A stretch of DNA of 64,000 bases from an uncultured Desulfosarcina sp. GTDB taxonomy: Bacteria; Desulfobacterota; Desulfobacteria; Desulfobacterales; Desulfosarcinaceae. Below, in pieces: positions 1-9,279 of the stretch. The notes below the pieces were generated by a model. That model made no database searches and was not told the origin of the DNA. It worked only from the letters and a program-made list of their open reading frames with translations. How positions within the stretch are numbered: the stretch's first letter is position 1; each line of letters opens with the position of its first letter. The DNA lies in contig CAXXWQ010000003.1 in NCBI GenBank assembly GCA_963674945.2, positions 32,001 to 96,000 of the forward strand. The letters run 5' to 3'. The translations under genes were made by a program, and so were the position numbers.

Positions 1-119
1 AGGCATTTTTCGCATACGAATTTCGATTTGGCCAGAAGATCGGCCAGATCATCCCAATTTTTTTTCGTTTCGTCCTTATCCCATTTACACAGGGATTTCT
101 TTTTCAGTTTTTTGTCCAT
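1..119 (-). CDS. Small Lys/Cys-rich hypothetical protein, partial (runs off the window start)
   Basis: Not in the ORF track. AGGAG RBS, then ATG at 119: MDKKLKKKSLCKWDKDETKKNWDDLADLLAKSKFVCEKC..., with a CxxC motif. Co-oriented downstream of sixA. Confidence 0.65.
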   Translation of the reverse strand, partial: MDKKLKKKSLCKWDKDETKKNWDDLADLLAKSKFVCEKC

Positions 120-205
120 GTGCATCTCCTTTCATGAATCAGATGTTTACATGGTAACCACTGACACATGGACAATCAAGAAGTGGTATTGCGATCAACG
201 ACCGG

Positions 206-697
206 CTATTTCTTCTTCGGATAATCGAAATCGCTTGAAGTCAGGTTGCCCCCATCGATCAAACGCCACGTGTCAGTCATAAACTCGAGTCGGACCACAC
301 CGGCAGTAGGAATGTTCTCAATGGGTTGCGGCAGAAACCGATTCGCCAGTCGTGTCAATCCAGGATTGTGGCCCACCATCATCACCGTTTCCAATCGATC
401 GTCAAGTTGATAGATAATTTCAAGGATTCCATCGGCCGAAGCATGGTAAAGGCCGGGCTCTGTTCGGATAACAGAGGTTTTTACGCCCAATGCCCGGGCC
501 ATGGCGGCCGCCGTATCCAGGGCCCGGCGGGCATTGCTGCTGACGATGGTATCCATTGCCACACCAGTTTTGGACAGACGCCGGCCCATTTCCGGGGCTG
601 CCTTTTTCCCCCGCTTGTTCAATGGTCGTTCATGATCCGCAAGAAGAGAATCGTTCCAGCTTGATTTGGCATGGCGAACGACAAAGAGCGTTTTCAT
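206..697 (-). CDS. sixA: Histidine phosphatase family protein (SixA-like)
   Basis: RHAKS, RPLNKRG, SSNARRA and VGHNPG motifs. Overlaps the ppk1 stop codon. Confidence 0.9.
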   Translation of the reverse strand: MKTLFVVRHAKSSWNDSLLADHERPLNKRGKKAAPEMGRRLSKTGVAMDTIVSSNARRALDTAAAMARALGVKTSVIRTEPGLYHASADGILEIIYQLDDRLETVMMVGHNPGLTRLANRFLPQPIENIPTAGVVRLEFMTDTWRLIDGGNLTSSDFDYPKKK

Positions 698-2919
698 TTT
701 TTCTTTAGCGATGCCTTCTTTTTCTTCTTCGTGCGGCTATTCACGGTCAGCGCGCTCCCCCTTCCGGAAAGGCTCGGATTGGTCATGAAAAATTGATGGG
801 CGTTGAAGGGTTGGCCTGTTACCTCGCAACGCCGATAAGAGCCGTCGGACTGCAGCATCCAACTCTGTTCGTTGTCCTTCAGGTTCGCCACCATGATCTG
901 ATCCAATACCTGTCGGTGAACCGTCGGGTTCTCGATCCGGACCATCGCTTCGATCCGCCGGTCGATGTTTCGCGGCATCCAATCGGCGGATGAGATGTAC
1001 ACATCGGCATGTGTCGATGGCAGTTCATGACCATTTCCGAAGCAGGCAATCCGGGAGTGTTCTAAAAAACGACCGACAATGGATTTCACTTCGATGTTTT
1101 CGGACAGGCCGGGAACGCCGGGCCTGAGACCGCAGATGCCCCGGGCGACGATTTTGATATTCACACCGGCCTGGGATGCCCGATACAACGAATCGATGAT
1201 TTTTGCGTCGATCAGGGAATTGACCTTCACATAGATCCCTGCCGGCCGTCCGGCCAATGCATGATCGATCTCGTCTTTTATCTTGGACAAAATGAAGTTT
1301 CTCATGTGAAGGGGGGATATGATCACCTTTTTCAGTTTCATGGGCTTGGCATAGCCGGTCATGTAATTGAATATCTGTAAAACGTCGTCGCAAATCTCCG
1401 GATCGCAGGTAAAGAAGGAAAGATCGGTGTAGACCTTGGCCGTTACCGGGTGGTAATTTCCCGTACCCACATGGGCATAGGATTTCAGTTTCTTCCCCTC
1501 TCTTCTCACCACCAGGGAAAGTTTGGCGTGGGTCTTGTATTCGATAAACCCGAAAACCACCTGCGCACCGCTTCTCTCCAACTTTCTGGCGATGCCGATA
1601 TTGGCCTCCTCGTCGAACCGGGCTTTGAGTTCCACCATGGCGGTTACGCTCTTGCCCGCCTCGGCTGCCTCCACCAGGGCCTGGACGATGGGTGAATCTT
1701 CACTGGTCCGGTACAGGGTCTGGCGGATGGCCACCACATTTTTATCCTTGCTGGCCTGGTGAAGAAACTGAACCACCACATCGAAACTCTCGTATGGATG
1801 GTGGACAAGGATATCCTTTGCCTTGATGGCTGCCAGGCAATCACCGCCATAGTCGCGAATGCGTTCGGGAAATCGCGCCTCATAGGGTGGAAAGAGCAGG
1901 TCGGGTCGATCGTCGACAATCATTTCACCGATGTCGGAAAGACCGATCATGCCTTTAAAGCTGAACACATCATGCTCGGAAACATCCAGTTGGGCCTGAA
2001 TAAAATGGAGCAGGTCATCGGAAATGGCATCATCCACCGTCAGGCGGACGACACTGCCCCGCCGCCGTCGCTTCAGCGCGCTCTCGAATGTTCTGACCAG
2101 ATCTTCTGCCTCTTCGTCGATCTCCATCTCGCTGTCTCGAATGACCCTGAAAATACCATTGGACAACAGCGCAAATCCAGGAAACAAGAGATCGAGAAAC
2201 ATCAATACCACCTTTTCCAAGGCGATGAATCGGATGGGTTTTCCGGGTAACCGGATGAACCGGTCCAACTGGGCCGGCAAAATCACCAGGGCAACCAGGT
2301 TTTCTTCTTCGGATTCGCTTTCCAGTTCTAAGACCAGACCGAAACCCAGATTGGGGATAAAGGGAAACGGGTGGGCCGGATCCACCGCAATGGGACTCAA
2401 AATGGGAAAAATATTCTGGCGAAATACTTTCGCCAGCCATTTTCTTTCCTCGCTGGAAATCTCATCCGGGCTGATCAGATGGATACCGGCGTCCTTCATC
2501 TCGCAGATGAGATCTTCGAGGCAATTGTGCTGGTCGGCAGCCAATTCGGCCACTTTCGTGGATATGGCGCCCAGTTGCTGGGCCGGCGTCAGCTTATCCG
2601 GGTTGAGTCCCCGGACACGGGAGGCCACCTGTTCTTTGAGACCGGCCACCCGAACCATATAAAATTCGTCCAAATTATCGGCCGAGATGGAAAGAAAACG
2701 AAGACGCTCCAGTATCGGATGGGACGGGTTCATGGCCTCTTCATAAACGCGCCGGTTGAACTCCAACCAGGACAACTCCCGATTGATAAATCGCCCGGGC
2801 TTGTCTTCGGCAACGTCGTTGATCATCTCCATTGCCTGCCTGGATTGTTCCGACTGTACAGATGTGTCGCTCATCTTGTGCACTCTACCATCGTAATTTT
2901 CAATCCATTTTTTTAACAC
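694..2919 (-). CDS. ppk1: Polyphosphate kinase 1 (alternative start at 2874)
   Basis: [59 protein letters not shown] and SADWMPRN motifs. Confidence 0.97.
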   Translation of the reverse strand: MLKKWIENYDGRVHKMSDTSVQSEQSRQAMEMINDVAEDKPGRFINRELSWLEFNRRVYEEAMNPSHPILERLRFLSISADNLDEFYMVRVAGLKEQVASRVRGLNPDKLTPAQQLGAISTKVAELAADQHNCLEDLICEMKDAGIHLISPDEISSEERKWLAKVFRQNIFPILSPIAVDPAHPFPFIPNLGFGLVLELESESEEENLVALVILPAQLDRFIRLPGKPIRFIALEKVVLMFLDLLFPGFALLSNGIFRVIRDSEMEIDEEAEDLVRTFESALKRRRRGSVVRLTVDDAISDDLLHFIQAQLDVSEHDVFSFKGMIGLSDIGEMIVDDRPDLLFPPYEARFPERIRDYGGDCLAAIKAKDILVHHPYESFDVVVQFLHQASKDKNVVAIRQTLYRTSEDSPIVQALVEAAEAGKSVTAMVELKARFDEEANIGIARKLERSGAQVVFGFIEYKTHAKLSLVVRREGKKLKSYAHVGTGNYHPVTAKVYTDLSFFTCDPEICDDVLQIFNYMTGYAKPMKLKKVIISPLHMRNFILSKIKDEIDHALAGRPAGIYVKVNSLIDAKIIDSLYRASQAGVNIKIVARGICGLRPGVPGLSENIEVKSIVGRFLEHSRIACFGNGHELPSTHADVYISSADWMPRNIDRRIEAMVRIENPTVHRQVLDQIMVANLKDNEQSWMLQSDGSYRRCEVTGQPFNAHQFFMTNPSLSGRGSALTVNSRTKKKKKASLKKK

Positions 2920-2951
2920 GCAGTCACCTGATTGTATTACTACGGGTCAAA

Positions 2952-2969
2952 TGTTAGATTTTTGTTAGC
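2952..2969 (-). promoter_or_regulatory. 11-bp-period direct repeat (CTAACA x2), Pho-box-like, upstream of ppk1
   Basis: TGTTAG at 2952 and 2963. Confidence 0.6.
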
Positions 2970-3053
2970 ACAAAAACATTTACAATCCGGAATTGTAATA
3001 GCGATGATGGTAAAGTGCTTTATCGTTCGGGACAATTGTGGTACGAGCGATTC

Positions 3054-3520
3054 ATGGAAACAATAATGTTACATCAACGGAAAAGACGCCGACAGTGGAT
3101 CGTTTTGGTATCCCCATTTCTCATCACATGGCCCTGGATAATTACGGCGGTGATTGCCGGCCGCCACCTACCCTGTGATGAGACCTACTATTATCGTAAT
3201 GTCACCGGCGAAAACGTCTCGAAAATCAAATGGGAGCTAAAAAAGCAGATGGTTTCACCCTCAACTACCAAACGCCGACGTCGCAATATGTGACCACTAC
3301 CGACGCCGATTTTGACACCCGATGCTGGCGGGTCGCCGATGAAGGCAAAGACATATTCCTGCGGGCCGAACGCGTAGCGGAGGACATCGTTATTAAAGGC
3401 TGACATCGAGGAAATACCATAGACAAATCTTTGGCCATCGACCCGAATCCATGGTATCAGGCCACGTCACTCTCCTTGCGGAAATTCATCGCATCCGAAG
3501 ATTCCGATAAACCTCAGAAA
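3054..3520 (+). pseudogene. Decayed exported hypothetical protein
   Basis: Three segments join into one protein-like sequence (...KWELKK/ADGFTLNYQTP...IVIKG*HRGNTIDKSLAIDPNPWYQATSLSLRKF). They are separated by a frameshift in the A6 run at 3239-3244 and an in-frame TGA at 3401. Confidence 0.6.
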
Positions 3521-3525
3521 ACGGA

Positions 3526-3648
3526 TCAAGCCGCCTTTTTCAAAGCCTTTTTCAGTTTCTTGATTTTTCCTTGTTGCTTGGCAACGATGGCCTTTCTGGT
3601 TTTCATCTCTTTTTTAATGGATTTTGCTTTCTTCGATACTTTTGCCAT
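3526..3648 (-). CDS. 40-aa extremely lysine-rich small protein
   Basis: Below the ORF-track cutoff. AGGAG RBS, then ATG at 3648: MAKVSKKAKSIKKEMKTRKAIVAKQQGKIKKLKKALKKAA*. Confidence 0.75.
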   Translation of the reverse strand: MAKVSKKAKSIKKEMKTRKAIVAKQQGKIKKLKKALKKAA

Positions 3649-3675
3649 TTTTTTTCTCCTTTCACGGCTTCTTGG

Positions 3676-3861
3676 TCAAACTTCCTTTTTTTTCTCGTGC
3701 ATTTTTAAAAACTGCCCGATGAACTTGCGTATTTCCCGGGCAGCACTGGTGTCCAACTCCTCACAAAGTTTGACGAACCGATCCCTTTCTTCGCCACTGA
3801 TGCGAATTAAAAGCTGACTGTCCTTTTTATTTTTTTTCTTGGATGATTTTTTCTTTGCCAT
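3676..3861 (-). CDS. Small basic protein, probable ribbon-helix-helix DNA-binding fold
   Basis: A strand-helix-helix pattern (SQLLIRIS-GEERDRFVKLCEELD-TSAAREIRKFIGQFL) follows a Lys-rich N-terminus. Confidence 0.7.
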   Translation of the reverse strand: MAKKKSSKKKNKKDSQLLIRISGEERDRFVKLCEELDTSAAREIRKFIGQFLKMHEKKKEV

Positions 3862-3929
3862 TTGTCACCGGCAGGCAAGCAGCCTCAATTTCAGTTGATC
3901 AGTACGTTTCGAGACAAAATACGATATAC

Positions 3930-3971
3930 TTTGTATATGCTTTGTATATACATTTCGATTTATATTGTCAA
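3930..3971 (-). promoter_or_regulatory. Sigma70-like promoter with an overlapping direct repeat
   Basis: Minus strand reads TTGACA (3971-3966)-N17-TATACA. TTTGTATAT is repeated at 3930 and 3941. Confidence 0.55.
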
Positions 3972-4095
3972 GCCGTATATAAAAAAATGCCGGAAAAATT
4001 GGATGAATTCAGCCAACACAACGTATTGATAAATTTCTATCAATACCAATGGTATTCAAGATTACAGCGCCTCTCTCTTAAAGGAAAATGGTTTT

Positions 4096-4124
4096 CCTAA
4101 CATAAACCTAACACTATCCTAACA
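4096..4124 (+). promoter_or_regulatory. Three perfect CCTAACA repeats at 11-bp period (Pho-box-like)
   Basis: CCTAACA at 4096, 4107 and 4118. Confidence 0.7.
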
Positions 4125-4384
4125 TATAGAACATAGTTTACGCGTCAATAACAATTGATTCGACAAATAGGATCCCCCCTCTTTTGCAGGGTGAAACACC
4201 TTCTGTAATAAAACGACAAACGACAATAGGAAACGCCAAATGATCTCAAACAATTGCAGTATTGAAGTAAGGGTCAAATAAACCCCATCTTCACATAGCC
4301 CAGATATTATGACATCATAGGCTTGGCAATGAAAATGTGTATGGGAGACGATTGTGAACCGGCCGGTAGAAAGTAAGAGAAGAA

Positions 4385-5980
4385 TCAATAGCGAAGGATC
4401 GCCAGCGTCTGTTTGTCGATATTTTTTGGCAAAAGCGCCAGATGGTCCTCCCGCGTCCTGGCCAGCGGAAGTTTGGCGAACAGGTATCGAAGATAGGCAT
4501 AGGGTTCCAGCCCATTGGCTTTGGCCGTTTCGATCAAACCGAAGAAGGTGGCGCTGGCTTCCGCACCCCGGGGCGCGCCGGAAAACAGCCAGTTCTTGCG
4601 ACCCAACACGAATGGCCGGATGACATTTTCAGCCACATTGTTGTCGGGCTTCAGAAATCCGGCATTGATATAGACAACCAGTTTGTCCCATTGGTTTAGG
4701 CAATATTGGATCGCTTTGCCGAGAAGGCTTTTCGGAGGAGCTTGCCAATGGTAGGTGTCCAGCCAGGTTTTAAATTGTTTCAGAATCGGCTTGGCCTTTT
4801 CCTGTCGCAGGTCACGGATCTGTTCATACGACAAATCCTTGTCTCGCGCATACCGTTCTATGCCATACAATGCGCCAATGTAATCCAGCGCCTCGTCGGC
4901 AAGCCCCTTGGCTGCTTTTTGTTTGCCGCGCGCCTTGCGCCCTTTGTTCACCTCGACAAATTTACGTCGGGCATGGGTCAGGCAACCTAAATGGATGATC
5001 CCTTGCTTTTGGGACAGCTGATCATAGCCGCTGTAGCCGTCGCTTTGAACATAGCCCGAATAGTCTTCTATCATATCTTGCACTACCTTCCCACTACGGG
5101 TGGGATGATACTGGTAAAGCACCACAGGGGCATCCAACGGGCCGCCACAAAACACCCACATATACGATTTTGTTGTATTGCTGCGGCCCGGTTCCTGAAG
5201 CACCTGAAACGGACTTTCATCGATATTGATCACAGGACCGCTTCGAATCTCCTGATGCATCAATTCGACGATCGGCTGGCAGCAACCGGCGGCCTGAATC
5301 ATCCAATTGGCCATGGTTGACCGTGAGATGTCAACGCCCAGACGGTCAAATATCTTTTGTTGGCGATGCAGGGGAAGCGCATCGGCGAATTTTGAGACAG
5401 CGATGTGGGCCAGCAGTCCCTCAGTGGCGTTGCTCTTGGGAATCAGTTGTTCTGGCGGCGGAGCGATCCTAACGGTGGGGCCGTCATCCTCGACGCCTTC
5501 GCAGGCCTTGCAGGCGTATTTGGGGCGGATGTGACGGATCACCTGGATTTTTGCCGGGATATAATCGAGCTTCTCACAGGTCTCTTCGCCGATACGGCTC
5601 AGTTCAACTCCGCAAGCACACCGTTTCTCGGCCTCAGGGATATCGTGCAGGACCTCGACGCGGGGCAGATCCTCAGGCAACGGTTTGCGGCCACGCTTTT
5701 TGCGGGTGTGCTCCGGGACGGTGATGTCGTCATCGGCAAGGACGGGCTCTGCGGTTTCGTCGGGTTTGAACAACTGGAGTTGGTTGGGATTGACGGCCGG
5801 CAAAACTTCACTTTTGCGACCGAACAGCTCGTTCTTCAGCAGACGTACCATTTCTTGCAGATGGTCGATTTGCTGCTGCTGAGAAGAGATAATCTCCTTA
5901 AGCGATTGGGCGTCATCGGGCAGGTTGTTCGATTCCGAAAGCATGCCTGATACATAGCATAACCAATTGAATTTGTACAC
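4385..5980 (-). CDS. tnpC: IS66 DDE transposase
   Basis: LFGRKSE, Zn-ribbon CACG/CKAC, DES, SDGYSGY, CLTHARRKF, DNNVAEN.IRP, GRKNWLF and LIETAKANG motifs. Confidence 0.96.
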   Translation of the reverse strand: MYKFNWLCYVSGMLSESNNLPDDAQSLKEIISSQQQQIDHLQEMVRLLKNELFGRKSEVLPAVNPNQLQLFKPDETAEPVLADDDITVPEHTRKKRGRKPLPEDLPRVEVLHDIPEAEKRCACGVELSRIGEETCEKLDYIPAKIQVIRHIRPKYACKACEGVEDDGPTVRIAPPPEQLIPKSNATEGLLAHIAVSKFADALPLHRQQKIFDRLGVDISRSTMANWMIQAAGCCQPIVELMHQEIRSGPVINIDESPFQVLQEPGRSNTTKSYMWVFCGGPLDAPVVLYQYHPTRSGKVVQDMIEDYSGYVQSDGYSGYDQLSQKQGIIHLGCLTHARRKFVEVNKGRKARGKQKAAKGLADEALDYIGALYGIERYARDKDLSYEQIRDLRQEKAKPILKQFKTWLDTYHWQAPPKSLLGKAIQYCLNQWDKLVVYINAGFLKPDNNVAENVIRPFVLGRKNWLFSGAPRGAEASATFFGLIETAKANGLEPYAYLRYLFAKLPLARTREDHLALLPKNIDKQTLAILRY

Positions 5981-6007
5981 ACTTATTTTACTTCCAGGTG
6001 GATGTTC

Positions 6008-6355
6008 TCAGCTTGCATAACGGTAGTTTAAACGCACATGAGCATTCGTATAATCCAGTCCGGCGAGAAGCCATTCCAGTTCTTTCGCACTAAGGGAAAC
6101 GACTTCTTTTGTGGTTGTTGGCCAGTGGAAACGGTGCTTCTCCAGCCGTTTGAGCCAGAGAGCAAATCCATTTTTATCCCAGTATAAAATTTTTATCATG
6201 TTCCGACGCCGATTGCAGAAGACGAACAGGTCCCCTTCGAAGGGATTCAAATCCATGGCCTGTTCCACCAAAACCGAAAGCCCGTTGATCGATTTGCGCA
6301 TATCGGTATTACCCACGGCCAGAAAGACCCTTTTGGGATTGGTGGGCAACATCAT
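6008..6355 (-). CDS. tnpB: IS66 accessory protein TnpB
   Basis: TDMRKSINGL, FVFCNRRR, KILYWD and KRLE motifs. Confidence 0.95.
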   Translation of the reverse strand: MMLPTNPKRVFLAVGNTDMRKSINGLSVLVEQAMDLNPFEGDLFVFCNRRRNMIKILYWDKNGFALWLKRLEKHRFHWPTTTKEVVSLSAKELEWLLAGLDYTNAHVRLNYRYAS

Positions 6356-6681
6356 AATGTAGCCACCATTGCAACAAGCTTGTTGATTTCTATCGATCCG
6401 TTTTGATCATCGACTTCGATGGTAAATCCGTTGGGGGTATGAATACGAACGGATGGATGTTTCCTCGTCGCTGATCCGTTGAGCGCAACCGGCAAAAAAG
6501 TAACTCGGGTTTTATCAACGGGCATGATGCGCCGTTTCCAATCGTAAAACCGATGGAGAATGAGATCGTTTTTTTTACAATAGGCCCTTTGGCTTAGGCT
6601 GCTGATCTTCCATTTCTCGATATGATTTTCCCAAAATTTTCGCCTTTGCTTGGAATCGAATGAATCATAGTCTTCAGGCAT
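6352..6681 (-). CDS. tnpA: IS66 accessory protein TnpA
   Basis: W..HI..W..S.LSQ..YC...L....FY.W pattern. First ORF of the IS. Confidence 0.9.
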   Translation of the reverse strand: MPEDYDSFDSKQRRKFWENHIEKWKISSLSQRAYCKKNDLILHRFYDWKRRIMPVDKTRVTFLPVALNGSATRKHPSVRIHTPNGFTIEVDDQNGSIEINKLVAMVATL

Positions 6682-7088
6682 GATATCTTCTCCTTTCTTT
6701 GGGGAAACACATTGCCATGCCTGAACAATTTTGTGAAGATGGGGTTAATAAACCGCTTACGTATTGAAGAGTTCGTCAAGGCCGTGCAGGGAAAAGATAC
6801 ATATGAGGTGATCAACCTGGCTGTTCAGGAGGCCACCGAAGTCGACCGCATTGTGATGAAAAAACGAAAGAAGTCCAAAATTGACAATTTTCAGAATTAT
6901 TCACGCCAATTGAAGCAACTCATCAGCTACCATCGATATATTATCAAACCCCGCCGAGGGATGAAAACAACTTACAACCTCTATATGCAATATTGGGGAA
7001 CCGCGGATCTGTCGACGGATCATCACCAATGTAAACCGTCAATGGATACAACGAAACAAGTAGCCTAAAAAATAAAATAAGCACTTCA

Positions 7089-7396
7089 ATGGGAAAATCG
7101 GGCACGATGACGGAAAAATTAGTAAGATGCCCGAAATGTGGATCTGATGCCTACTATCATTACGGGAAAACCGTAAACGGAAAGGAAAGACGACTCTGTC
7201 TCATCTGCAATGGCAATATATCATCGATCGGACCTGGGTTGAAAACCCGGATAGGCCCAATTGCCCAGCGTGCAACGAACCGATGCATGTGTATCAGCGC
7301 CAACTGTCATACACCCGATATAGATGTCGGAACTATCAAAAATGCAAGACACACCATAAGGTACTCTTGTGGAAAAACAAAGTTGCGGGGACTTGA
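7089..7396 (+). pseudogene. Frameshifted double zinc-ribbon protein (InsA-like N-terminal ribbon)
   Basis: CPKCGS...YGKT..GKERRLCLIC. After a 1-nt shift near 7210 it continues QYIID...RPNCPACNEPMHVY...RYRCRNYQKCKT to TGA at 7394-7396. Confidence 0.7.
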
Positions 7397-7399
7397 AAA

Positions 7400-7636
7400 A
7401 TGAACATATCATCGCATATTTATGTCGAACAAAAGAAAAAGAATAAAACGGACCTCGAACGATGTGCTTTCGGCATCGTTGAACGCTACCAGAAAGGTGC
7501 AATCGTAGAATTGCGGGATTACGGCTGGCAAATGACGTGGAAATATCTGCTCAAGGAACTTCGATCCTGCTCCCCCGGTTTTATGGACATCGAATATGGC
7601 ATCGCCTTGCATCTGGCTTTCACCGAATCCAGATGA
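7400..7636 (+). CDS. Hypothetical protein
   Basis: 78-aa ORF starting 3 nt after the reconstructed zinc-ribbon stop codon. Confidence 0.55.
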   Translation: MNISSHIYVEQKKKNKTDLERCAFGIVERYQKGAIVELRDYGWQMTWKYLLKELRSCSPGFMDIEYGIALHLAFTESR

Positions 7637-7642
7637 ACTTTA

Positions 7643-8047
7643 TTAAATTTCATTTTTCTCCGATTTTTTCTGCAGCCAGTCTTTGGCAAGGTCCACATCT
7701 CTGAAAACTTGATATTCATCTGGTAGGTTATTCATTTTCATTATGGCGGCAAAAAAATTCAGCAATCCGATGTTAATGGTTTTAGAACCGACCAGGGCCA
7801 CCTTTCGAACCTTTCCATCTGTTGAGACTGCCCCAATACTGGAAGAAATATCGTTCATATCGGCTATGGATATATCAATTTTAGAAGCCTTAGAAAAATC
7901 CCATAAGGAGTTATCCGGTTTCTTACCCGGCAAGTATTTGTTTGCCTGAACCAAAATATCCTCTGCGTTTAATGCTCCGATCACTTTGAAAATTGTATAC
8001 TTTTCCTGCTTTTTGACTGAAATCATAACCCGCTGACTCTCCATCAA
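7643..8047 (-). CDS. SpoIIAA/STAS-like hypothetical protein
   Basis: LWDFS, RKVALV and FRDVDLAKDWL pattern. Confidence 0.7.
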   Translation of the reverse strand: MMESQRVMISVKKQEKYTIFKVIGALNAEDILVQANKYLPGKKPDNSLWDFSKASKIDISIADMNDISSSIGAVSTDGKVRKVALVGSKTINIGLLNFFAAIMKMNNLPDEYQVFRDVDLAKDWLQKKSEKNEI

Positions 8048-8268
8048 TTCGAATAAGCGACGTTTGTGGTATCGGTTGCAACACGATATTCTATCACATC
8101 TCGATATTTATGAAGGTATTGCTGTGCACATTGCTCACAATACTTTCTGGGGACGCCACGTCCGGTAAAATAAAAACGGTACCAGTGCCGCTTTTGACAA
8201 ATGGGGCAGATACATTCGGTTGGTTTGCTACGGCTGAGAACGGTTGCCATCTTATTTGATCTCCTCAA
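8044..8268 (-). CDS. Small CxxC/CxxC zinc-finger-like hypothetical protein (likely start at 8250)
   Basis: CICPICQKRH...FTGRGVPRKYCEQC. GAGGAG lies upstream of MATVL. Confidence 0.65.
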   Translation of the reverse strand: MRRSNKMATVLSRSKPTECICPICQKRHWYRFYFTGRGVPRKYCEQCAQQYLHKYRDVIEYRVATDTTNVAYSN

Positions 8269-8306
8269 AGTATGATTTTATTTTTAGTTCATGAGTACTC
8301 TTTAAT

Positions 8307-8324
8307 TATTAGTTTTTGGTTAGG
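8307..8324 (-). promoter_or_regulatory. Degenerate 11-bp-period box pair
   Basis: TATTAGT at 8307 and GGTTAGG at 8318. Confidence 0.4.
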
Positions 8325-8543
8325 AATATGACACAAAGATAAAAGCAATCATCTTTATTCTATTGAAATAATAAATGATAATTTATGTGTTATTTTTTCT
8401 CAAGAGAAAAACGTGTCTTAGAACTAAAGCTTATCGATTGTGTGTCGATAGAGAAGTTAACGATTCGGTACTTCGCTGACCCATACACCTCCTGATGTGG
8501 GGACCAGGAAGCCGGTACGAATATTCAAGTTTCACTCCTTTTT

Positions 8544-8584
8544 AAAAAAGCCAGAATCCATGGTAATTGGGTTCTGGTTTTTTT
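8544..8584. terminator. Bidirectional rho-independent terminator
   Basis: AAAAAAGCCAGAATCCA-loop-TGGGTTCTGGTTTTTTT. Confidence 0.75.
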
Positions 8585-8587
8585 ATT

Positions 8588-9230
8588 CTAATTGTTGACG
8601 TCAACGGGCAATTGGGCCGTGTAATTCAATGGGGCGTGGTTGGCGAGGAATGAAGGCGCTTGCGCGTATAGGCGGGGCAACATCCATATTTCTTATGATG
8701 GTACCGGCGTGGACAAATGGGGTTCGTCTGCTGGCCGGAGGCAATTCGGTAACGATATCCTTCGGATTGAATATGTTGAATACGGAAATACCGGCAAGGG
8801 CTTGGGCAAATGCAGCATCTCCGACTCTTGGTGCCCCGAAGGTGTATACTGCGGTTGGCGACCGCAGTGATGCCGCCAGGGTTGCCAGTGCGCCGCCCAG
8901 ACTATGACCGGCGTAATACAATGGTTTCGTAACGTCTTCCAACGCTGAAGCGATAGGGCCCAACAGATCCATGAGAATATTTCTGAATCCGCGGTGAACA
9001 TTGCCGCCGGTGGACCATTGGCAGGCAACCATGTCCAGGTTTGGCAGCCAGCTGGACAGACGCCCTGCGGTTCCGCGAAACACGAGAGCGGCAAAGGCAC
9101 CATCACCGTCCTCTATGGTTTCTATCAGGGCGGCCTGTGTGGTTGTCCCGCTAAAAAACCGGTATTCATGCAGACCGACGCGTCCCATGATATCATCAGG
9201 TATCTCTTCGTGTTGGCTTCTAACTGACAA
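8588..9230 (-). pseudogene. Class 3 lipase remnant, N-terminally truncated and frameshifted
   Basis: LVFRGT, VHRGF, GHSLGG, YTFGAPRVGD and DIVT motifs. The catalytic-His segment APSFLANHAPLNY lies in a different frame ending in TAG at 8588. Confidence 0.75.
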
Positions 9231-9279
9231 CCTTACATCGGCAACGAGAGGAAGATGGTCTGAGGCTTTTAAAGTGAGT

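Larger units (their letters stand above)
4267..6760 (-). mobile_element. Complete IS66-family insertion sequence (2494 bp)
   Basis: 29-bp terminal IRs starting GTAAG and sharing AACCCCATCTTCACA (4267-4295 and 6732-6760). 8-bp TSD GTATTGAA at 4259-4266 and 6761-6768. tnpA-tnpB-tnpC inside. Confidence 0.97.
4240..7068 (+). pseudogene. 108-aa hypothetical protein gene interrupted by IS66
   Basis: 4240-4266 encodes MISNNCSIE. It continues in frame at 6769 (EFVKAVQGKD...) once the IS and one TSD copy are removed. Confidence 0.85.

Noticed and set aside
3401..3403. In-frame TGA as a selenocysteine codon
   Set aside because: It is not in a redox motif, and the gene also carries a frameshift and a truncation. 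A nonsense mutation is simpler.
3431..3817. 128-aa + strand hydrophobic ORF
   Set aside because: Its Phe/Leu-rich part is the antisense shadow of the two Lys-rich genes. Only the first ~30 codons belong to the pseudogene.
6712..7068. ORF-track 118-aa protein as a native gene
   Set aside because: Its N-terminal codons up to 6760 derive from the IS66 end. The original start is at 4240.
7089..7403. IS1 element
   Set aside because: Only an InsA-like zinc ribbon is present. No catalytic ORF, terminal IRs or TSD were found.
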